Source: a virus (lineage: Duplodnaviria; Caudoviricetes). From it: 58,466 bases of DNA. The position numbers and the translations under genes were made by a program. Where the stretch lies: positions 1 to 58,466 of IMG/VR virus record IMGVR_UViG_3300018914_000069; one strand, written 5' to 3'. How positions within the stretch are numbered: the first letter of the stretch is position 1; every line of letters starts with the position of its first letter. Positions 1-9,338 of the stretch are shown piece by piece. Below the pieces are notes generated by a model. It saw nothing but the letters and a program-made list of their open reading frames with translations, was not told the origin of the DNA and ran no database searches.

Positions 1-330
1 TTACCATTGTTTCGCAAATTCCTCTTTAAATTGCTTCAAAGTACTTTCCACAAGGGCTTTGATTTCCTCATCAGTATACTTCAAACCAGCCTTCTCGAAT
101 TGTACCGTTAACCACTTAACTGCTTCATTATATTTTTGTTCACCATTATAATTTTTATATGCCTGTTCAACAAAGCGAATGGCAATAGCGACAAGTTCCT
201 TCTTTTGTTCAAGTTTCGATTTATCAATATACTGTTTAATGACGTAAGATAATCCAGAAGCAATTAAAATCACTAAAGATAATAAAAGATTCTCTAAAAT
301 ATCTTTCAATAAAACTTCCATTTCATTCAA
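1..330 (-). CDS. Phage holin, LL-H-like
   Basis: 109 aa; one N-terminal TM helix, then an AIRFVEQAY...GEQKYNEA...IKALVES pattern typical of LL-H holins; adjacent to the endolysin. Confidence 0.75.
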   Translation of the reverse strand: MNEMEVLLKDILENLLLSLVILIASGLSYVIKQYIDKSKLEQKKELVAIAIRFVEQAYKNYNGEQKYNEAVKWLTVQFEKAGLKYTDEEIKALVESTLKQFKEEFAKQW

Positions 331-338
331 ACCTCCAA

Positions 339-1103
339 TTATTTTTGTTTATTGGAAATTCGGTCTAAGAGCACAAGCGTCATCCAAGGTAACTCTTGAT
401 AAATTTCTCCACTATCTACACGCTTCTTCCAATCTTCAGGACTGTTGAGAAACCCCTTTTTAGATAAACTATCAATTGCTTCTTTAGCATATTTTTTACC
501 TTGTTCTGACATGATGAATTGCATAAAGGCATCCTCCTCTTTTGGACTGACAGGCGGAGTGATTTTCAGCTTGTGGTCGAGTGAATTATCGAATTGTGTT
601 AAGTTAAACTTCTCAACTATTTTGGTAATTTTAGACACATAAGAGGGATCGGTTGCATAACCACCACGCTTTAATGCGCTTGCAAATTCGTGTGGTGTTT
701 TCGCTTCCCACACACCTGCATTAACATATCTCTTGTTCTTCAGCAATGTAAAATGATCTGTAATGGCTTCTGCATAATTGTTATATGCACGAAATTTATC
801 CTTCACCAATACTTTGACTTTTCCGTTCACATTGCCAATTACTTTGACCAATGTGCCTGATTTCTTTGCTTTTTCCACTTGGGCTGGAGTGTAGTACTCT
901 GTCGTAAGAATCGTAACACTTCCCGCAGTCCCAACTCCTTTAATGTTGCCGATGTTGTAAGATTCTCTTCCTGTGACCATATCTTTTGGGGTCTTTAAAT
1001 TGAAACCAACTTCAAGGATTAACTGTGCAATGACCCCAGAAGGACAGGGATATCTACCGACAATGTGTTTCGCCAACATTTCAATAACTTGTTTTGGTGT
1101 CAT
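339..1103 (-). CDS. Endolysin, GH73 glucosaminidase (FlgJ-like)
   Basis: AQLILE (catalytic Glu), YNIGNIKG, FRAY and GGYATDPSY motifs; lies in the lysis cassette. Confidence 0.85.
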   Translation of the reverse strand: MTPKQVIEMLAKHIVGRYPCPSGVIAQLILEVGFNLKTPKDMVTGRESYNIGNIKGVGTAGSVTILTTEYYTPAQVEKAKKSGTLVKVIGNVNGKVKVLVKDKFRAYNNYAEAITDHFTLLKNKRYVNAGVWEAKTPHEFASALKRGGYATDPSYVSKITKIVEKFNLTQFDNSLDHKLKITPPVSPKEEDAFMQFIMSEQGKKYAKEAIDSLSKKGFLNSPEDWKKRVDSGEIYQELPWMTLVLLDRISNKQK

Positions 1104-1115
1104 TTTTTCACCTTC

Positions 1116-1430
1116 TTAAATGAGAGGCTTCTCTTCGTCAGTTGTGTTGATAATTTCATCAAAGCAATCTCCACGTTGCCTGTATTCAATTTCAGCTTCA
1201 ACTTGTATATTCTGATCTTGTTTATTTTTTACATAAGATGCTCCAAATTTCACCATATTCACTCCTGTTACAGCAGCAATTAGTGCATAAAGGAGATTTG
1301 TTAAGTTCATTGGTAAATCGCCAAACTGAAAGATGGTGTAAACACCAATGCTAGAGAAAACAATCAACAAAACCATTATCGTACTTAATTTTGCTTCATC
1401 AATAGATAATCCATCTTTGAAAAAATTCAT
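1116..1430 (-). CDS. Two-TM membrane protein, holin-like
   Basis: Two hydrophobic segments and an acidic tail; directly upstream of the endolysin. Confidence 0.55.
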   Translation of the reverse strand: MNFFKDGLSIDEAKLSTIMVLLIVFSSIGVYTIFQFGDLPMNLTNLLYALIAAVTGVNMVKFGASYVKNKQDQNIQVEAEIEYRQRGDCFDEIINTTDEEKPLI

Positions 1431-1443
1431 TTATATTCAACTC

Positions 1444-1863
1444 CTAAAATCCAAAGAATTGGATAATCTGTTCATGGTTGAATCCCAGAGCGAACAATAC
1501 CAACACAATCACTAATCCAATTAACCCTTTTACAGTGAGCAATTGTTGAAGCATATTCCCATCATTATTGTTCTCTGCTTCATAGCGTGCCTTCATGGAT
1601 TGCAAGTCAGTGTTCACCTGATTAAGTGTATCCTCAGTTTTCTCTTGCTTCTCAACCAGCAATTTTATTTGTTCAGATTGTGTTTTAAGAAAAGCAGTAG
1701 TAGCAGCAGTGTTCTTTTCGATTGAAATTACCGCCTCTGTCAACCTTTGAACCGTTGCTTTGTGATCTGCTTCAATAATATCAACACGTTTTTCAATATT
1801 ATCTACTTTGACAGTTAGTGCATCTAAAGATAGGGGAGAGGACATTGGATTCACACCCTTCAA
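1444..1863 (-). CDS. Coiled-coil protein with C-terminal TM (XhlA/BhlA-like lysis accessory)
   Basis: Coiled coil followed by the hydrophobic GLIGLVIVLVLFALGF segment; first gene of the lysis cassette; likely ATG at 1845. Confidence 0.5.
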   Translation of the reverse strand: MKGVNPMSSPLSLDALTVKVDNIEKRVDIIEADHKATVQRLTEAVISIEKNTAATTAFLKTQSEQIKLLVEKQEKTEDTLNQVNTDLQSMKARYEAENNNDGNMLQQLLTVKGLIGLVIVLVLFALGFNHEQIIQFFGF

Positions 1864-1879
1864 TTTCTTATATTTTATA

Positions 1880-1975
1880 TTGCATTTACAGAAAATTTTG
1901 GTATAATAAATCTATCAGTGGCGAACACTACTGACGGACTCCCTTTATCGTTGGATAGGGGAGTCCTTTTATTTC
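1880..1975 (+). ncRNA. Candidate small antisense RNA with its own sigmaA promoter and terminator
   Basis: TTGCAT 1880-1885, extended -10 TGnTATAAT 1899-1907, hairpin TCAGTGG/CTACTGA, terminator GGACTCCC...GGGAGTCC-TTTT; opposite strand to the late mRNA. Confidence 0.5.
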
Positions 1976-1981
1976 AAAAGA

Positions 1982-4192
1982 CTATGTACTTAAATCGATC
2001 CACAATAAAGTGGTGTTAGATGGGGCGTTGGTATCTGCGACGTATCCACCGCCAGATGCAGTAATGCTTGATTTCACTTCATTTATTGCCGCAACGAGGT
2101 TAGTTTTATCTGTAGTTGTTAGGCTATTCAAAGTTCCTATTTGTGTTTGGATATTGCTTGTGGCACCACTTAAGTATCCCAATTGCGTGGTCGTTATAGT
2201 ACTTGCTGCCACCTTGCCACTCGAATTAGACACTAATACTCTAGAGGCTGTTAAGTTCGAAGTTGTAATTGTGGATGCTGCACCAGTGATTATATCTTGC
2301 TTATTGTTTATTGCTGATAAGTCAAAGGATGTTTCTGTGCCAGATTGTGTTATTTTATCCAATACACTTTGATTTGAGTGAACGTGTAATCTTGTGTCAT
2401 TATCAAGAACGACATTTTGACCGTTCGACTTAATATCACCCACAACATCTAACTTCGCTGAAGGGGAAGATGTGCCTATACCGAGATTACCATTTGGATC
2501 TAATCTCATTTTTTCGGTAGGGGCAGATGATGAAGCAGACGTGCCGAAAATTAACGCTTGTGCTCCAGTTGTGGGTGTATTGGTGCGAACCCCAGCAATA
2601 TAACTTGAAAATGCACCACTAGCGTCATTAGCTGTTGTATTAGAGAAACGCAATTCAACTTGGCTATTTGTAGTAGTTGAGTGATTCCGCAATCGTAATG
2701 CAGTTCCACCAGAAACAATGTCTTGCTTATATTGCGGTGAGGCTGTTCCAATCCCAAACTTACTATCAATTGATAACTCACCTTGTGCTCCAAGTGTGAT
2801 TGCATCCGACTTCGCCTTATCAACCTTACCCATAAGTCCATCGTTAAGATTTGCTACAGCAACAGGGATTGGGTCAGAACCTCCCGTTAGGTGCTCGTTG
2901 CCATGCTGCGGAAATGGAGAGCCAGTGAAGGCTTGAGTATATACGATTGTTACTTCGTCTCCATTATTTAGACTAGAATTTAAAGTAATGCTTGTTTCAG
3001 ATGTTTCCTGAAAAGATTTATTTGGCAATCTGTTTCCCCAAACATATGCTTGAATCATGTTTTTATTCGGCACATAAGTACCCTGTGTAAGATTAAAAAC
3101 AGTTTGTCCCTCTGTAGCAATGAATTTTTCTTCTTTAATAACATAATTAGAAGAAATGGTGTCAATTTCCGCGTTCAGTACACCATCTGCATTGATAAAT
3201 AGATTCTCCCCAATTTTAACTCCTCCAAGGGTAGTGGAGGATGCAATGGGTAATTTGTTTAAAAATGCTCCATCCTTAACCTTTATGTAATTATTTGTTG
3301 TATCAACAACAATTGTATTCCCATCTACTTTAACATCTGCTTTAATTTTATTATTGGCATCATCATAAGTGAGATCAATGGAAGAAGTATCGGTAAGTAT
3401 GCTCCCAACTGCGTCTTGTGCTCGCTCATCGGTAAAATATAAATTTGTTCCTTCTGTAATGTTGCTAGTAGTGTGAGTATGCGAAGCACTAGCTTTTGTA
3501 GCAAGGCCATCATCGACGTATTTCTTTCTTACAGCTTCATTGTCATTTGTAGGAGAAATAGCAGGAAGAATAGGGATAGAGGAAAATGTTTTTATGCCAC
3601 TGATCGTTTCACTCCCAGTAGAATGAACATAATCGCTTTCACTAAAATCTGTTATAGTTGATTTTGTATGCGTGTGACTAAGGTTCGCTTTTTGGGCTAA
3701 TTCACTTGAAATTTTGCTTGCAGTCCAAAGATTGTTAGTTGTATTGATTGAATCATTAACGTCTCTTCCATCAACCTTATCTGAGTTTGTAGCAAAATCT
3801 GCGTTTATAGCAGCAATAACTTTACCATCCCCATCTGGATCATAGGTGGATTTTAACATGTCACCAGAATTAGTGCCGCCCCCAACACCGTTGTCCGTTG
3901 ATTCATTGCCTGTTGCTCTTTTAGCAATTACAAATTTATTTTTTGAATCGCCATTAATAAAAATAACAAAAACTTCTTCATTATCCAGAAATCTAACATT
4001 TGGGTTACATGGGACAGTTTGCGGGGTGGGGGAGCCATCAATAAATACACTTAATTCATAAGCAGATATGACAGAATTAATTTTCCCTAAATGCCATTCT
4101 CCCTGAAGAAGTTTTTCATTTTCAAGGATTCCATAGACAATCTCTTTTATTTTCGAAAATACATCCTCGGTGATTTTATAATCTGACATCAA
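1982..4192 (-). CDS. Tail fibre / receptor-binding protein
   Basis: 736 aa, S/T-rich; HTHT repeats, LPIASSTTLGGVKIG, GIGT..P repeats, L.TTDKTNLVAAINEV fibre motif. Confidence 0.8.
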   Translation of the reverse strand: MMSDYKITEDVFSKIKEIVYGILENEKLLQGEWHLGKINSVISAYELSVFIDGSPTPQTVPCNPNVRFLDNEEVFVIFINGDSKNKFVIAKRATGNESTDNGVGGGTNSGDMLKSTYDPDGDGKVIAAINADFATNSDKVDGRDVNDSINTTNNLWTASKISSELAQKANLSHTHTKSTITDFSESDYVHSTGSETISGIKTFSSIPILPAISPTNDNEAVRKKYVDDGLATKASASHTHTTSNITEGTNLYFTDERAQDAVGSILTDTSSIDLTYDDANNKIKADVKVDGNTIVVDTTNNYIKVKDGAFLNKLPIASSTTLGGVKIGENLFINADGVLNAEIDTISSNYVIKEEKFIATEGQTVFNLTQGTYVPNKNMIQAYVWGNRLPNKSFQETSETSITLNSSLNNGDEVTIVYTQAFTGSPFPQHGNEHLTGGSDPIPVAVANLNDGLMGKVDKAKSDAITLGAQGELSIDSKFGIGTASPQYKQDIVSGGTALRLRNHSTTTNSQVELRFSNTTANDASGAFSSYIAGVRTNTPTTGAQALIFGTSASSSAPTEKMRLDPNGNLGIGTSSPSAKLDVVGDIKSNGQNVVLDNDTRLHVHSNQSVLDKITQSGTETSFDLSAINNKQDIITGAASTITTSNLTASRVLVSNSSGKVAASTITTTQLGYLSGATSNIQTQIGTLNSLTTTDKTNLVAAINEVKSSITASGGGYVADTNAPSNTTLLWIDLST

Positions 4193-4201
4193 TTCACCTC
4201 C

Positions 4202-5410
4202 CTAAATGAAATTCCAATCATCAATCACTTTCCTGTACTTGATACATTCACACATCATCAATTGGGGATTTAACGGAACTTGAAATGACTCCATTAAATA
4301 CTTGCCTTGTACGGAGTTTTCAGCATCTATTATTTCAATAACATCCCCAGCATCATGCAAGTACATGGGAGAGATTGATAGTGAGATTCTTTCGGCATAA
4401 CCAAGTCGCTTCATTAATTCATATTTTGCTCGCCATTTGGCTTTTTCCGTAGTATCTATTAAAAAGTCTGGGTTCCCGTTGTTATGGAAATATGTAACCT
4501 TGCCTATCTTCTGAATGGAGTATGGGTTATCAACCCATAATGGATTGTTTTCATCAACGACCAAATCATAAAGAACACTGGGGGTTTGACTTGACCCGCC
4601 AATTACGCGAATGTGATTCGCTAATCCTGAATCATCCATTTTCCTGATATTCCCCGCATAAAACCGTTCGGTCGGATCTCCATACTTGTAGCTCCATACT
4701 ACAGGTTGTGCATCGAATTCATTCAAGTCAATTTTTCTCAACCTCAAATAACCATCGACGTCATAATAAACATCACACTCTGCAAACTTAGCTAATTCTT
4801 CAATTGCTTGCCACCTGTTATCACTTGGAGCATATGTTAGCTCACGAGGAGTTCTTGTGGCAATATTGTCAAAGTTAAACAAAGTTTCACCTTGAGCAAT
4901 CGTTTTAATTGCCTCGGTAATCAAAGTATTATTTGCGATTGTGGTTTCATTTACGAACTTGCCTCTTTTGTCAGTGTAAAGATAAGCCTTATCCATACCG
5001 TTAATTGAGGTTCTTTTGCCATTGAAATCATGACTATCTTGTGGCTCGGTCATAATGAAAACGCCTTGGGGAACATATTCAATTGTCCCATCGAGGAGCT
5101 TTAGTCCTGTGTAAACTTTAACTCGTTTATCAATCCAAATTAAGTTTTGTTCTCCCCAAGTAAAGTCTCCATTTGTGTTATCAAGTGAAAAGGAAAAAGA
5201 CCTGCGTATAGGTCTATCCATTGAAACACTGATTGAGCCAATATCATTTTTACTTACTTGCTTCGTATATTCACCAAGATAGCGCATCGTGCTATCATAA
5301 AATTCAATTTTAACAAAAACTTCTTTTTGACGAGGAGATAGTACTGTCTTAATGTAATTATCACTTACAGGATACAACTTTTCCCACCTCACAAAAAAGG
5401 AGAGGGGCAT
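4202..5410 (-). CDS. Baseplate hub / tail tip protein (DUF5048-like)
   Basis: IRRSFSFSL, PQGVF and YYDVDGYLRL motifs of siphophage hub proteins; likely TTG start at 5377. Confidence 0.65.
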   Translation of the reverse strand: MPLSFFVRWEKLYPVSDNYIKTVLSPRQKEVFVKIEFYDSTMRYLGEYTKQVSKNDIGSISVSMDRPIRRSFSFSLDNTNGDFTWGEQNLIWIDKRVKVYTGLKLLDGTIEYVPQGVFIMTEPQDSHDFNGKRTSINGMDKAYLYTDKRGKFVNETTIANNTLITEAIKTIAQGETLFNFDNIATRTPRELTYAPSDNRWQAIEELAKFAECDVYYDVDGYLRLRKIDLNEFDAQPVVWSYKYGDPTERFYAGNIRKMDDSGLANHIRVIGGSSQTPSVLYDLVVDENNPLWVDNPYSIQKIGKVTYFHNNGNPDFLIDTTEKAKWRAKYELMKRLGYAERISLSISPMYLHDAGDVIEIIDAENSVQGKYLMESFQVPLNPQLMMCECIKYRKVIDDWNFI

Positions 5411-5423
5411 AGCCTCTCCTGTA

Positions 5424-5897
5424 TTAATTAACTTTAGCTAAAAATTTAGATTTAACTAAATCTGCTGGTGTAACATGTCCATCAACTTCAGCAGAAAGGT
5501 CAATATTAGCAGATTTAAATAGGCGATCAACGAATTCCGAGCAATTGAATTTTTTAGAGTTATCGGCTATAGGCAAACCAGTTAGTAAATAAAGACCATG
5601 TGAAATACTTTGCCATAAGTCATAGTTCGTACCTAAATTATTGTAGATAAACTTCTCCATTGACTCCAACTGACTTGGAGTCAATTCACCTATGTATCTA
5701 TACACATCAAAAGAAGAAGAGTGATATCTAAGAAATCTTTCTTGTAAGGGATACCACCAGTTAGTTTCAACAACTGTTCGCTTTCCAGTTACAACGGCGA
5801 CATGTGAGTAGGGGGAGTGAGTAATCCGACTAACCATTTTGCTAATGATTGGTGTATCACCGCGAACGAAAAGGAGATCAAAGCACCTTAGTTCCAT
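5424..5897 (-). CDS. Permuted papain-like amidase, YaeF/YiiX (C92) family
   Basis: DLLFVRG, SPYSHVAVV (His), YD, FNCSEFV (Cys) and VTPADL, in the permuted NlpC/P60 order. Confidence 0.85.
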   Translation of the reverse strand: MELRCFDLLFVRGDTPIISKMVSRITHSPYSHVAVVTGKRTVVETNWWYPLQERFLRYHSSSFDVYRYIGELTPSQLESMEKFIYNNLGTNYDLWQSISHGLYLLTGLPIADNSKKFNCSEFVDRLFKSANIDLSAEVDGHVTPADLVKSKFLAKVN

Positions 5898-5909
5898 ACT
5901 CTCGACCTC

Positions 5910-6524
5910 CTACCAATTTATTGCATCTATTTCTTCTTTTGTGGTTGCAGCCAATACTTTTGGTTGTAAAATATCTCTAAATTTACTAATTTGATCTTGT
6001 TTATGTTGAACCCCTGCATAATATACAGCATTAAATTCAGATGCATTTAAGGAAATTCTGTGAACTTTCCCGTCTTTATGCGCTGTCCAAGAAATAGAAT
6101 TTATCATACCATCCGTAAAAGCTATTTTTGCATCTTTAAAATTACTTTGCGCCTCGGCATCATAGCTAAATTGGTAAGTTCCTCCACAGACTTCAACTTG
6201 AAAATAACCATTTATTGCTTCTCCACATGCTACATTCAATTGATTAATTTTATTTTGTTTTAATTCATCTAATGTTTTAGATAGAATATTAATCCCTATT
6301 GGCGCTCCGTTTGCATCACAAACTAGTTCGCAGCGCCTTCCAATTCTATTTTTTTCTTCTTCATCGGAAATTTTAATAAATCCATAATCGGCAAGTGAGC
6401 CTCCAAGGTTCGGAATAATGTTTACTTCTATTTCACGTTCTCCAGTATGCTCAGGATCAACGATTGTGCCAGAATAACCTACTATTGAAAAATCAGATTT
6501 TCTATAACATACAAATGACATCAA
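5910..6524 (-). CDS. DUF4376-like tail fibre assembly/chaperone protein
   Basis: LDELKQNKINQL, FSYDAEAQSNF and C-terminal AATTKEEIDAINW. Confidence 0.7.
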   Translation of the reverse strand: MMSFVCYRKSDFSIVGYSGTIVDPEHTGEREIEVNIIPNLGGSLADYGFIKISDEEEKNRIGRRCELVCDANGAPIGINILSKTLDELKQNKINQLNVACGEAINGYFQVEVCGGTYQFSYDAEAQSNFKDAKIAFTDGMINSISWTAHKDGKVHRISLNASEFNAVYYAGVQHKQDQISKFRDILQPKVLAATTKEEIDAINW

Positions 6525-7147
6525 CTTTCAACCTCCCATAGAACCCGTACGTTTAACGTGGATGTTGCCGATGTACTCCCATTTTTAAATAAAATAACGA
6601 GATCATTTGTAGTTGAATCAATATACGCATCAGTGATGAGAATAGAAGTGCCGAACATACCACTATACGACAGTCGCCCAGTAACGGCTTTACTGTACAT
6701 TCCCGATCCTGCGGTGGCACCGTCATCCGCGTAGATGGCTACAGATTCGTTCGGATCAGTGGTGAAACGTGCAAAAATACCGTCCTCCCCATTTGCCTTA
6801 TGGGCAAAAAATCTCCCCTTACGAGCTGCAAAACCAAGTGGAATTCTCTTAGTATATGTTGAGTTTATACCTATCACAGTGGTGTTATCTGACCAAACTC
6901 CATTTGCGAATCTAGCTGTTCCCGCAATATAGCCCGCAGAATCACGGATGACAAATGAATTAGCATTCACAGATTGTGAAAAAGTAAAATTATTTATTGA
7001 CGAGATATTAATATTTTTATTTGTATCTCTAACTACTACAGTATCGGAAACGTTAGTTGTCGAGGGGGTTTTACCACCCAATTTATTTGCATTTTCAGCA
7101 TCTAAAGGAACCCAAGTCGTCCCATTATGGTATTTCATTAACGGCAT
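6521..7147 (-). CDS. Short tail fibre / adhesin-like protein
   Basis: RBS AAGGAGG before ATG at 7147 (MPLMKYHNGTTWVP); NANKLGGK and V.RD..G repeats of fibre proteins; the ORF track starts at 7177. Confidence 0.55.
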   Translation of the reverse strand: MPLMKYHNGTTWVPLDAENANKLGGKTPSTTNVSDTVVVRDTNKNINISSINNFTFSQSVNANSFVIRDSAGYIAGTARFANGVWSDNTTVIGINSTYTKRIPLGFAARKGRFFAHKANGEDGIFARFTTDPNESVAIYADDGATAGSGMYSKAVTGRLSYSGMFGTSILITDAYIDSTTNDLVILFKNGSTSATSTLNVRVLWEVES

Positions 7148-7192
7148 AATAAACCTCCTTAAAATAAATACAACCACTGCTTACGAGAGTGC

Positions 7193-7996
7193 TCAAGATT
7201 GAAAATATTCCTCTAATGTCATTATTTCAATTGCGTCAATAGTAACCTGTATGAAATCTCTGTCTCTCCATGTGTTCATTGGATTAGATTTTCGTGGGTT
7301 ACTAATATCACAAACATATACTTCACCAGTTGAGCCTTTAATCAGGAAAGGTTTATGTTGTTTAATAAATTTGTTCAATATTCTCTCATATACTTGCCCT
7401 GATTTTTCATATTCAGAAGGGATAAATACCGCGCTCAATGAAAAAGTATGATATGACTGTGGTGTGTAATATATTTGAGGGTATTGAGCCATTGTGTCAA
7501 TTTGGACTCTGCCTTGAATAAAGTTTGTATCCACATTAGGTTCTGAGCCTATGAATTTATCAAAAGAAAGTACTTCGTTTGTTTCTTTGTCAACAATGTA
7601 CCATCCAGTAAACTCCGATTCCACTTCAATTTCATTTGGGCTGCCCTCAAGATCATTGTCACCTATTGGAACAATACTATAAATATATCTATTATTACCT
7701 TGAGTGTAATCAATAAATTCTAAACCTTGTCCATGAATGTAATCTGCATATCCAATTGTCAACGATTTTATCTCATTGACTTTTCTTCGTTTAATTGCAA
7801 ATTTAACAATCTTAACACCTGCGTTATTTACATTACCTGCTTCTAAATTGTTAATAAAACTAGCTAACAGATATGTATCGATCTGCCAAGGGTTTTTCGT
7901 GGCGCTAACATCAACTCCAGAATCTGTTCTAGACCTAACATGAATTTCATCAATCGTGCATTTTTTTATTTCAATTTGATTGATATTGGTAATCAA
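7193..7996 (-). CDS. Baseplate / distal tail-like protein
   Basis: Position after the TMP; FN3-like YIYSIVP and Dit-like KPFLIK...GEVY. Confidence 0.5.
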   Translation of the reverse strand: MITNINQIEIKKCTIDEIHVRSRTDSGVDVSATKNPWQIDTYLLASFINNLEAGNVNNAGVKIVKFAIKRRKVNEIKSLTIGYADYIHGQGLEFIDYTQGNNRYIYSIVPIGDNDLEGSPNEIEVESEFTGWYIVDKETNEVLSFDKFIGSEPNVDTNFIQGRVQIDTMAQYPQIYYTPQSYHTFSLSAVFIPSEYEKSGQVYERILNKFIKQHKPFLIKGSTGEVYVCDISNPRKSNPMNTWRDRDFIQVTIDAIEIMTLEEYFQS

Positions 7997-8011
7997 TATT
8001 TCACCTCCTTA

Positions 8012-9280
8012 TTATGCTATTACTTGAGCGGAGAGACGATATGTATCACCAATCTGCTGGATGTATACATAAAATTTTGAACCTGTAATAATTCTTTCTG
8101 CTACTTTTGTTTTTATATTATTCTCGTACTTACTTAATACAAATTTCCCATTATAATAATCCAATGTTAAATATCCATTATCACCAGACATTTTCATTAA
8201 GTAAATGGTGTCTTTGATATTTGCTGCTTCCACCCATAAAGCATTTGTTGCGGGAGTGGCTAAATTATATTCAGCAGTTAATGTATATGATGATGTAAGA
8301 GATGCATCGTCAATCCAAAGAGTATTTGTATCTATTGGTTGGGTTTTTGACGCTACAATTGTTAAGGATTTTTCCGTAGTCTGATTGGAATCCTCCAACC
8401 AAATAGCGTTGAAATTGGATGGAGCAGAGGATTTACTCAACGTCTGTGTATTATCTAAAATAGGTGGATTGGGCACGTTTTCAATCCATAGTTTTGCAGT
8501 AAAATCACTCTGTATGTTGAATCCGTTTGAGAACGTGACTTTTCCATTAGTAACATTAAGTTTTTCATTATTTTCAAAAGTTCCATTCTCGGATTGTCCA
8601 ATGATTTGTGTTGCGCCCCAAGCCAACTTTACTCCGCCATTATCTGTGTTGATTGCAGTGAGATCAACACTCATATTTGGTTTTGCATACAGTACACTAA
8701 ATGGTTTCAAACCTGTTGAGCCGATGAGTCCCTTGTTACTTGTTGCTTGAAACTCGATATAATAGCTTTTACCAGAAACCAGTCCGTCAAATAAATATTG
8801 AAGAGGTGATGTTGTCTGTATCCCTGATTGTTTTATTAGTACTTGGTTGGAATCATATAGATTTGCAATCCACGATTTTATAGCAATACTCTGAGCCTGT
8901 GAATATGTTGCCTGAAAGTTATACCAAGGAGCTTTAACTGTAGTTACCGTACTCAAGGAAACGATAGGCCTAGACGAAGTTGAAAATATTTCGGCATCAG
9001 ATGTTGCACTAGAATTGGTTTCATCGTAAACAGTAATTAGTATTTTATACTCGTTCCCATTAATTAATGAATTAGCGGGTAGCTGATATGTGGTGGAATA
9101 ACTGTTGGTTTTCGGTACGCTAAAAACAGTTAAATTATCACTATTACGCTTAAATTCAATACTGTAGGAGGTCTGAATTGCCCCCGACACTTTCCAAGTT
9201 ATTGTGTTTACCTCTGAAGCATCAATGGCTAAACCTTTAACAGAAATAGAAAAAGGCTTTTGTATACTAATGTCAATCAC
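8012..9280 (-). CDS. Tail protein with Ig/FN3-like domains
   Basis: Directly after the TMP; beta-rich; three P-x5-LW-x-D/E repeats near the C-terminus. Confidence 0.55.
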   Translation of the reverse strand: MIDISIQKPFSISVKGLAIDASEVNTITWKVSGAIQTSYSIEFKRNSDNLTVFSVPKTNSYSTTYQLPANSLINGNEYKILITVYDETNSSATSDAEIFSTSSRPIVSLSTVTTVKAPWYNFQATYSQAQSIAIKSWIANLYDSNQVLIKQSGIQTTSPLQYLFDGLVSGKSYYIEFQATSNKGLIGSTGLKPFSVLYAKPNMSVDLTAINTDNGGVKLAWGATQIIGQSENGTFENNEKLNVTNGKVTFSNGFNIQSDFTAKLWIENVPNPPILDNTQTLSKSSAPSNFNAIWLEDSNQTTEKSLTIVASKTQPIDTNTLWIDDASLTSSYTLTAEYNLATPATNALWVEAANIKDTIYLMKMSGDNGYLTLDYYNGKFVLSKYENNIKTKVAERIITGSKFYVYIQQIGDTYRLSAQVIA

Positions 9281-9338
9281 CTCCTTTTGAGAATAAAGGG
9301 ATGTAATATTTTAGACTACATCCCTCATATACGTTTGC

